In this document: in pieces, positions 25,507 through 32,000 of the stretch
How the letters are laid out: each line of letters starts with the position of its first letter
Position numbering within the stretch: position 1 is the first letter of the stretch
Source of the DNA: Bremerella sp. P1
GTDB lineage: Bacteria > Planctomycetota > Planctomycetia > Pirellulales > Pirellulaceae
Length of the DNA: 32,000 bases
Assembly: GCF_028748185.1 (NCBI RefSeq)
Contig: NZ_CP118164.1
Coordinates: 3,403,814 to 3,435,813, forward strand
Reading direction: 5' to 3'
The notes under the pieces: model-generated
Database searches by the model: none
Told to the model about the DNA's origin: nothing
What the model saw: the letters and a program-made list of their open reading frames with translations, nothing else
Made by a program: the position numbers and the translations under genes

Positions 25507-26418
25507 ATGCCTCAGCCACGGCTTGGCCACGAAAACCTGGGACTGGGGGTCGGACTGCGCGCCCCTCATTTCTCTTACATACTTGAGCACTGGCCGAAGG
25601 TCGACTGGTTCGAGATCATCTCGGAGAATTACATCGACTCGCAGGGACGCCCTCGGTATGTCCTTGATCAAATCGCCGAACGTTATCCGGTGGTGATGCA
25701 CGGCGTATCGCTCTCGATCGGCAGCACCGATCCGCTCGACTTCGATTATCTTGCCAAACTGAAGTCGCTATCGCAGGCGATTGGTGCCCGATGGATCTCG
25801 GATCATGTCTGTTGGACCGGCGTGTCCGGGCAGAATACGCACGATCTGTTACCAATTCCGTACAACGAAGAGTCGCTCAAGCACGTTGCCCAGCGGGTAC
25901 GCCAGGTGCAAGAGTTCCTTGAGCGTCCGCTGATCCTGGAAGATCCCAGCAGCTATGTCACCTTCGCCGCGTCAACGATGAGCGAGTGGGAATTCTTAAC
26001 GGCTTTGACCGAAGAGACTGGCTGCGGGCTGCTGCTCGATGTGAATAACGTTTATGTTTCGGCCGTGAATCACGACTTTGATCCGGTCGAGTACATCGAG
26101 AATCTTCCGTCGGAGAGCATCGTTCAGTTTCACCTGGCGGGGCATACCAACATGGGTGACTACTGCATCGACACACACGACGGCCACGTGATCGATCCCG
26201 TGTGGAAGCTGTATCGCCTGACTCACGAGCGAACTGGAGGCGTATCGACGTTGTTGGAATGGGATGCCAACATTCCCGACTTTCCGACGCTGCATGCCGA
26301 GGTTCTCAAGGCGAAGCGGTTTATCCAAGGGGAAACGATTACCGTCGATGAACCTGTCGGCAACGGCCACACGGCTGTTCCGCACCCGGCGCATCGTATC
26401 GAGCACGAAGTGAGCTAG
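25507..26418 (+). CDS. DUF692 family protein (MNIO / MbnB-like / BufB-like, TIM-barrel iron enzyme)
   Basis: The product is collinear end to end with the DUF692/UPF0276 pattern: [87 protein letters not shown], and TLLEWD. Confidence 0.9.
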   Translation: MPQPRLGHENLGLGVGLRAPHFSYILEHWPKVDWFEIISENYIDSQGRPRYVLDQIAERYPVVMHGVSLSIGSTDPLDFDYLAKLKSLSQAIGARWISDHVCWTGVSGQNTHDLLPIPYNEESLKHVAQRVRQVQEFLERPLILEDPSSYVTFAASTMSEWEFLTALTEETGCGLLLDVNNVYVSAVNHDFDPVEYIENLPSESIVQFHLAGHTNMGDYCIDTHDGHVIDPVWKLYRLTHERTGGVSTLLEWDANIPDFPTLHAEVLKAKRFIQGETITVDEPVGNGHTAVPHPAHRIEHEVS

Positions 26419-26422
26419 ATCG

Positions 26423-27325
26423 ATGACCGACAGTAAACAGAATTTGCACGACTTGCCGGTGCTTCAAAAGTGGATGCAGTCGGTGATCACTCATGTGGAC
26501 GGCGTGGTGGAAGGAATCCATTCGCCGGAGGCCCAGCAGCAGATCCCGGTAGACGCGTCCCAGATCGAGTCGGTCGTCACGCCCAGTCAGCGACGCACCA
26601 GCACCGAGCGACTGGAAGTGTACGCCCACGCTTACTATGCCAGGTTGGTCGAATGTTTGAAGTCGATCTATCCCCTGTTTGCCAAGACGGTTGGGGATGA
26701 ACTATTCGATCAGTTCGCGATTGCCTACTTGCAACAGCATCCGTCACGATCTTACACGCTGAATCGGCTGGGAGATCAGTTTCCCGATTTCCTGGAAGAG
26801 ACGAGCCCGACCCGCGGAACCGATCAGCTGGGATTCGAGGACTTCCTGGTCGAGTTGGCCGTTGCGGAACGCACCATTGATGCGATCTTCGACGGGCCTG
26901 GTGTCGAGCAGACGGACGTGCTCTCGCCGTCGGAGTTGGAAGGCATCTCGCCCGATCAGTTTGCCGAGGCTACGTTCCAGATGGTGCCCTGTCTGCGGCT
27001 GCACTCGTTTGCTTTCCCGGTGAGTGACTTCATCACCGCGATCAAGCAAGATCCCCAAGCTGATATGCCAGAAGCTTCACCCAGTTGGTTGGCTTTAACG
27101 CGGAGGGACTACGTCGTACGGAGGGTGCCACTTTCGCGCTGGCAGTATCATCTGCTGGTGCGGCTTGCCGAGGGGCAGAGTGTTTCCCAGGCGATCGCAG
27201 GAGCGGTCGTCGAAGTCGTTCCGTCAGAAGATATTACGGAATTGCTAGCGGCTGCTTTCCAGAAATTCACCAGCGAGCAGTTCTTTCTGGCAATTGAAGT
27301 CCCTTCGGAGCGAAGAGATGGATAG
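26423..27325 (+). CDS. DUF2063 family protein (MbnC/BufC-like partner of DUF692 enzymes)
   Basis: The start is 4 nt after the DUF692 stop. Family segments are LQKWMQSVITH, RLEVYAHAYYARLVECLKSIYPLFAKTVGDELFDQFAIAYLQQHPSRSYTLNRLGDQFPDFL, and LVELAVAERT. These fit the DUF2063 N-terminal pattern. Confidence 0.8.
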   Translation: MTDSKQNLHDLPVLQKWMQSVITHVDGVVEGIHSPEAQQQIPVDASQIESVVTPSQRRTSTERLEVYAHAYYARLVECLKSIYPLFAKTVGDELFDQFAIAYLQQHPSRSYTLNRLGDQFPDFLEETSPTRGTDQLGFEDFLVELAVAERTIDAIFDGPGVEQTDVLSPSELEGISPDQFAEATFQMVPCLRLHSFAFPVSDFITAIKQDPQADMPEASPSWLALTRRDYVVRRVPLSRWQYHLLVRLAEGQSVSQAIAGAVVEVVPSEDITELLAAAFQKFTSEQFFLAIEVPSERRDG

Positions 27326-27580
27326 GCGATTCATTGCCCTTTGCCAGTGATCTTCACCAACGCATAAACGTTCCCCTCCCGGATCCCGAGAATGGGTAAA
27401 TCTTATGTAAGAAGCGAGGAAATGGAGGGGGAATGGGGTGCACTGTGGCTTGTGATCGGCCCAAGAGCCCCTACAATCAATGAGTTACTTTGGGGTTCTG
27501 ATTCTAGAGCTCCGTGAATTGGCAGGGTTACCCATCCGGTTTCCCCCATCCTTGCCTGATCTAGTTCTTTGAGGGCCGCA

Positions 27581-28780
27581 ATGGCATTGGTTAGCTGGGT
27601 TCGAGGTCGTGTTTTTAACTTCGTTCACCGTAACAACTTAGTGTACAACACGTGCTGGGAAGACCCCCGTTTGGACCGGGTCGCCCTGGAGATTCAACCT
27701 CACCACAATGTGATGGTCATCACGTCGGCAGGTTGCAACGCGCTAGACTACGTTCTGGCCGGCGCAAACCACGTTTATGCCGTCGACATGAATCCACGGC
27801 AAAACGCCCTGTTGGATCTCAAGAAGGCGGCCATCCAGAACCTGGAGTATGAAGACTTCTTCTCCATGTTCGGCAAAGGGCAGCTGCTCGACTTCAAGGA
27901 TACGTACAAGTCGCAGCTGCGTGGCTCGCTGCCGGAATGGTCTCGCAGCTATTGGGATCGGAAGATCAAGTACTTCCGCCCTCGCAAGAAACGCAGCTTC
28001 TATTTTCGCGGTACGTCCGGTGCGTTCGCCAAGGTGGTGAACATGTACGTCGAGAACGTCTTGCGGATGCGACCGCTGGTTCTCGACTTGCTCGATGCGA
28101 AGAACCTGGACGAGCAGAAAGAGATCTTTGAGGTCATCGACCGAAAGTTGTGGACCGGGCCGCTCAAGTTTGCCATGAGCCGCGACACGACCTGGAGCCT
28201 GGTCGGTGTGCCACGAGCCCAGCGCGAGCACTTGGAGAAGCAATACTCCAACGGCATCGTCGACTTCGTGCAGGACAACATGCGAGCCGTCTTCGCCGAG
28301 TTGCCAATCCAGGACAACTACTTCTGGCGCGTCTACGTCACCGGCCAGTACACCGAACAGTGTTGCCCCGAGTACCTCAAGCCTGAAAACTTCCAGAAGT
28401 TGAAGGACGGATTGGTACATAAGGTCAGCACGCATACCGACTCGGTACAGCACTTCCTCGAGAAGCACGACGGGCATCCAATTCATCGCCTGGTGCTGTT
28501 GGATCATCAAGACTGGCTGACCGACAAGCTCTACTTTGCCTTGGAAAACGAATGGCAGGCCATCGCCAACCGGATGGAAGGGGAAGAAGATGCCCGCATC
28601 ATCTGGCGCACCGGCGGCTTGAACACGGACTTCATCGACGAAGTCGAGATCACTCATAACGGTCAAAAGAAGCAGGTTGGCGAACTGTTGACCTACAACC
28701 AGCCACTGGCCGACGAGCTTCACGTCAAGGATCGCGTGCATACCTACGGGGCGTTCCGAATCGCGGACATCGCTGCCTAA
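27581..28780 (+). CDS. btaA: DUF3419 / BtaA-like S-adenosylmethionine:diacylglycerol 3-amino-3-carboxypropyl transferase
   Basis: The segment NTCWEDPRLDRVALEIQPHHNVMVITSAGCNALDYVLAGANHVYAVDMNPRQNALLDLKKAAI is the DUF3419 signature. A BtaB-like methyltransferase gene follows after 27 nt. I prefer the ATG at 27581 over the TTG at 27569. Confidence 0.75.
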   Translation: MALVSWVRGRVFNFVHRNNLVYNTCWEDPRLDRVALEIQPHHNVMVITSAGCNALDYVLAGANHVYAVDMNPRQNALLDLKKAAIQNLEYEDFFSMFGKGQLLDFKDTYKSQLRGSLPEWSRSYWDRKIKYFRPRKKRSFYFRGTSGAFAKVVNMYVENVLRMRPLVLDLLDAKNLDEQKEIFEVIDRKLWTGPLKFAMSRDTTWSLVGVPRAQREHLEKQYSNGIVDFVQDNMRAVFAELPIQDNYFWRVYVTGQYTEQCCPEYLKPENFQKLKDGLVHKVSTHTDSVQHFLEKHDGHPIHRLVLLDHQDWLTDKLYFALENEWQAIANRMEGEEDARIIWRTGGLNTDFIDEVEITHNGQKKQVGELLTYNQPLADELHVKDRVHTYGAFRIADIAA

Positions 28781-28807
28781 GTCACGCCAATCTTTGAGGA
28801 GCATCGG

Positions 28808-29542
28808 ATGAGTCTGGCTTCGGACCTGAAAGTCTTGTATCACCTTGCCGTGAAGCCGGTGAAGGGTGACAACCACGCCGAGCGACTGGACAGCTTTTAC
28901 AGCGGTCAGGCAGGCGCGTACGACGACTTTCGCAAACGCCTGCTCAAAGGGCGGGAAGAGATGTACCGCTCGATCGATCCGCCACAAGATGCCGTGTGGG
29001 TCGACATGGGAGGTGGAACTGGCTCGAATCTCGAGTTCATTTCCGATCGCATTGGCCAGCTGAAGCAGGGCTATGTGGTCGATCTGGCATCGTCTCTCTT
29101 GAAAGTCTGTGATGACCGCATCCAGGAACGCGGTTGGAACAATGTGAAGACGGTCGAAGCGGACGCCACGACCTGGACGCCTGACGAAGGGTACGCCGAC
29201 GTCGTGACGTTTTCCTACTCGCTGACGATGATTCCGGATTGGTTCGCGGCAATCGACAACGCGCTGCGGATCTTGAAGCCAGGCGGAACGATCGGTGTAG
29301 TCGATTTCTACGTTTCGCGCAAGTTCCCGGATGAGGCTCTCAAGCGACATTCGTGGTTCACGCGAAGTTTCTGGCCGGTCTGGTTCGCGTCAGATAACGT
29401 CTTTCCTTCGCGGGATCACGTCCCCTATTTGCAGCGACACTTTGAAACCACCAAACTAGAAGAGAATCGCGCCAAGGTTCCTTACTTGTTGTGGTTCAAG
29501 ACGCCGTACTACATCTTCACTGGTACGAAACGCGAGTCGTAG
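28808..29542 (+). CDS. btaB: Class I SAM-dependent methyltransferase, BtaB-like (DGHS N-methyltransferase)
   Basis: SAM motif I is [15 protein letters not shown]. Also present are [33 protein letters not shown] and [16 protein letters not shown]. The gene is positioned directly after the btaA-like gene. Confidence 0.7.
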   Translation: MSLASDLKVLYHLAVKPVKGDNHAERLDSFYSGQAGAYDDFRKRLLKGREEMYRSIDPPQDAVWVDMGGGTGSNLEFISDRIGQLKQGYVVDLASSLLKVCDDRIQERGWNNVKTVEADATTWTPDEGYADVVTFSYSLTMIPDWFAAIDNALRILKPGGTIGVVDFYVSRKFPDEALKRHSWFTRSFWPVWFASDNVFPSRDHVPYLQRHFETTKLEENRAKVPYLLWFKTPYYIFTGTKRES

Positions 29543-29600
29543 GTCCGCATGTGGCCTTTGTTAGCCCAATGGAACTTCCACTAGCGAAATAGGTAAGCCC

Positions 29601-30254
29601 GTGGCGAAATCGGTTCTCTCACCATCCTTCCTGTTTCAGTATTCGGTCCCGCTGAACTATCGCGAGAAGATCTGGCAGCAAAAGCCGCTGGCCTACTCCG
29701 ACGACTACAAGCTGCGCGGGTTCGGAGAACTCGACAGCCGGAAGCAGTTTGCCGATGTCCGTGGTGGGTGGAACGAGCGAGGCGTTTCTTTCTCAGTGCT
29801 GGTCTCTGGGAAACGTCAGCCGGTATGGTGCCGCGAGAGTCGCGTTGACGAGAGTGATGGCTTTCAACTCTGGATTGATACTCGGGCAACGCACAACGTG
29901 CACCGCGCGACGCGGTTCTGCCATCGGTTTGCCTTCCTGCCCATCGGTGCCGGCCCAAGCTACCGCGACCCGGTTGGCGATCAGCTGCTAATCAATCGGG
30001 CACGAGAGAATGCGAATCCGGTCCGCCCTGGTGATTTGCGGGTCCGCGGAACGTTGACCAAAGATGGCTACCTGCTGGAGTGCTGCGTGCCGGCGACTAG
30101 CCTGACCGGGTATGATCCGAGCGAATACGACAAGCTCGGTTTCTTTTACGCCGTTATGGATCGCGAACTGGGATGGCAGACGCAGAGCGTCAACACGCAG
30201 TTTCCCATCGACGAAGATCCCAGCATCTGGACGACGCTCGAGCTGGTTCGTTAG
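29601..30254 (+). CDS. CBM9/DOMON-like domain protein, no signal peptide
   Basis: The start is GTG. The segments RGGWNERGVSFSVLVSG, DGFQLWIDTRATHN, FCHRFAFLP, GYLLECCVPATSLTGYDP and LGFFYAVMDRELGWQT resemble the CBM9-like beta-sandwich at the C-terminus of the 19472..22531 protein. Confidence 0.55.
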   Translation: MAKSVLSPSFLFQYSVPLNYREKIWQQKPLAYSDDYKLRGFGELDSRKQFADVRGGWNERGVSFSVLVSGKRQPVWCRESRVDESDGFQLWIDTRATHNVHRATRFCHRFAFLPIGAGPSYRDPVGDQLLINRARENANPVRPGDLRVRGTLTKDGYLLECCVPATSLTGYDPSEYDKLGFFYAVMDRELGWQTQSVNTQFPIDEDPSIWTTLELVR

Positions 30255-31876
30255 TAGTCACGCAGGATCTCAACGGCGGCGTTCTTGCCGCATGCTCCCA
30301 TCACGCCACCACCGGGATGGCTGGCAGCTCCGCAAAGGTAAAGCCCCTTCACCGGCGTGCGATGATCGGCCCAGCCTGGAATCGGCCGCATAGCGAAGAG
30401 CTGGTTGAAGTTCATTGCCCCTTGCATGATGTTCCCGCCGGTCAGCCCGTAGACGCGTTCGAGATCCAGTGGCGAAAGGACTTGGCGATGCATGACCGCG
30501 CCGGGCACGTTTGGGGCGTACTGTCCAATTTTGGCGATGCAGCGATCGGCAAACGATTCTTTGATGTCGTCCCAGTTGGCGTCGCGCAGGTTATAAGGAG
30601 CGTACTGGACGAAGATCGACAGAATGTGCTTCCCTTCCGGGGCAATGGTTTTATCGACCGATGTGGGCATCGTCATTTCCAGAATCGGTTCTTCACTCGC
30701 ACGACCATACTTGGCGTCGTCGTAGGCGCGTTCGATGTAGTCCATCGTCGGCGAGATGTGCATCGTCCCGCGATGAATGGGACTGAGACCCGATTCTGGA
30801 TAAGCCGTAAACTGCGGCGGCTCGGCTAGTGCCAGGTTGATCTTGGCGGAGGCGGAAGCATAGTCGATATTCGAGATGGCCCGCAGGAAGTCGGCCGGCA
30901 GTTGATCCGGCGAAAGGAACTTGCGGAACGTCAGGTTCGCGTCCACGCTCGAAGCCACCACCTTGGATTCGTAGGTCGTGCCATCTTCGAGCTCAACCCC
31001 TTGGATCTTGCTGTCGCTGGTGTGGATCTTCGCGACCGGTGCCTCGCGGACGATCGTCACGCCCATCTCTTCGCACGTCTTGGCCAACGACGCGGCGATG
31101 CCGCCCATGCCTCCTTCGACGAACCCCCACACGCCCCGTTTGCCGCCAGCTTCTCCCATCACGTGATGCAGCAGCACGTAAGCGGTCCCGGGTGCCGAGA
31201 TCGATGCGAACGCGCCGATGATGGCGTCGGTTGCCAGGGTTGCTCGAAGCGGTTCGCTTTCAAACCACCGTTCCAGAATCGGTCGGGCAGCGCCTGAGAG
31301 AAGCTCGATTGCTTCCGGGATTTCTCCGCCGAGTTTGCCGAACGTTTGATAGAAGCTCCACAGTCGCGATGTATCGCGAAGTCGCTTGGTAAGCGGAATG
31401 CTGCGCCAATCTTTGGGCATCGGTAGCGGATCAGGTGCCGTCTTCATCAGGATCGGTTCGACGACCGCGGCAATACGTTCCAGCAGCTCGTTGTACTTCG
31501 GATACTGCTGGGCGTCTTGCTGGCTGAACTTGGCGATTTCCTTCGTGTTACTGGCGACGTCGTGCCCCAGCAGCAAATAGCGACCGTCGTCGGTAGGGGT
31601 GAACGAAGCCGGGTCACGCGGCAGGATCTTCAGGCCGTTTTGTTTCAGCTTCAGGTCACGAATGATCTCCGGCAGCAGCAGGCTGACGACGTACGAGGCG
31701 GTCGAGACCTTGAAGCCGGGCCAAAGTTCTTCACTAGTCGAGCAGCCCCCGAGCACGTGCCGACGTTCGAGTACGGCGACTCTCTTACCGGATTTGGCCA
31801 GATACGCAGCGGTAATTAAGCCGTTGTGTCCAGCGCCGATTACGACGCAATCATAGTGCCCGCCACCAGATGCCAT
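30251..31876 (-). CDS. FAD-dependent oxidoreductase of the phytoene-desaturase (CrtI-like, COG1233) family
   Basis: The N-terminal dinucleotide fold is YDCVVIGAGHNGLITAAYLAKSGKRVAVLERRHVLGGC. The C-terminal motif GLYLCGAASHPGGGVMGACG is present. The product is 541 aa. Its stop codon overlaps the convergent gene by 4 nt. Confidence 0.85.
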   Translation of the reverse strand: MASGGGHYDCVVIGAGHNGLITAAYLAKSGKRVAVLERRHVLGGCSTSEELWPGFKVSTASYVVSLLLPEIIRDLKLKQNGLKILPRDPASFTPTDDGRYLLLGHDVASNTKEIAKFSQQDAQQYPKYNELLERIAAVVEPILMKTAPDPLPMPKDWRSIPLTKRLRDTSRLWSFYQTFGKLGGEIPEAIELLSGAARPILERWFESEPLRATLATDAIIGAFASISAPGTAYVLLHHVMGEAGGKRGVWGFVEGGMGGIAASLAKTCEEMGVTIVREAPVAKIHTSDSKIQGVELEDGTTYESKVVASSVDANLTFRKFLSPDQLPADFLRAISNIDYASASAKINLALAEPPQFTAYPESGLSPIHRGTMHISPTMDYIERAYDDAKYGRASEEPILEMTMPTSVDKTIAPEGKHILSIFVQYAPYNLRDANWDDIKESFADRCIAKIGQYAPNVPGAVMHRQVLSPLDLERVYGLTGGNIMQGAMNFNQLFAMRPIPGWADHRTPVKGLYLCGAASHPGGGVMGACGKNAAVEILRDY

Positions 31877-32000
31877 ACGAAACCAATCCTTGCTGAGGGA
31901 AGTCTGCGACTGAGGGATATCAATCTAGACTTCGCCAGAAGCAGGCAGGAAAGTTTACCTTGGCGCTGGGAATCGAATCGATCGGTACAACCGCGATAAG

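Noticed and set aside
24973-25701. A 242-aa minus-strand ORF covering the Cys-rich precursor gene.
   Set aside because: It is antisense to a gene with a consensus Tat motif and a regular Cys repeat pattern, and to the first 195 nt of the DUF692 gene. It has no signal or motif of its own.
26423-27325. Reading DUF2063 as a DNA-binding transcription factor, which is the older domain description.
   Set aside because: Its 4-nt coupling to the DUF692 gene and the known MbnC/BufC-type partnership make an enzyme-partner role much more likely than a regulator.
27743-29350. A 535-aa minus-strand ORF spanning the antisense of both btaA and btaB; it is the longest alternative ORF in the window.
   Set aside because: It is Arg/Val/Leu/Asp/Gln-rich with no motifs. 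It lies exactly opposite two ORFs with strong family signatures and crosses their intergenic gap. This is the typical shadow frame produced by GC3-biased codon usage.

Overview
This is a gene-dense chromosomal segment with about 27 CDS on both strands and roughly mid-50s %GC. It most plausibly comes from a Planctomycetota (Pirellulales-like) genome. That assignment is inference only, based on a DUF1080 protein, a Gln-rich LolA/TIGR03009-like secreted protein, a giant secreted BNR+CBM9 protein, and housekeeping genes scattered outside operons. I saw no rRNA, tRNA, CRISPR array, transposase or integrase. Recognisable housekeeping genes are a D-lactate dehydrogenase (ldhA-like), ilvE, adk, bioF, sufS, fxsA, a PIN-PhoH (PhoH2) ATPase, a HAD phosphatase and an EVE-domain protein, plus a 3'-truncated NfeD-like protease at the left edge that is missing from the ORF track. 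Items worth a second look, in rough order: (1) At 25.0-27.3 kb, a tight three-gene RiPP-type cassette encodes a Cys-rich exported precursor with a Tat-type RR motif and a possible lipobox, a DUF692 (MNIO/MbnB-like) enzyme and a DUF2063 (MbnC/BufC-like) partner, i.e. a bufferin-like locus with an atypical precursor. (2) At 15.1-16.6 kb, an orphan soluble FlhA/SctV cytoplasmic domain is fused to an Sm-like N-terminus, with no flagellar or T3SS genes nearby. (3) At 5.8-6.7 kb, a membrane protein has a voltage-sensor domain but no pore, and ends in a coiled coil (Hv1-like layout). (4) A btaA-btaB pair for betaine lipid (DGTS) synthesis. (5) A divergent, enlarged RNase HII-like protein sits directly after the 1019-aa secreted protein. 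(6) An orphan lipase-like gene sits next to a 425-bp AT-rich spacer. All homology calls come from reading the translations by eye and recalling family motifs; no searches were run.
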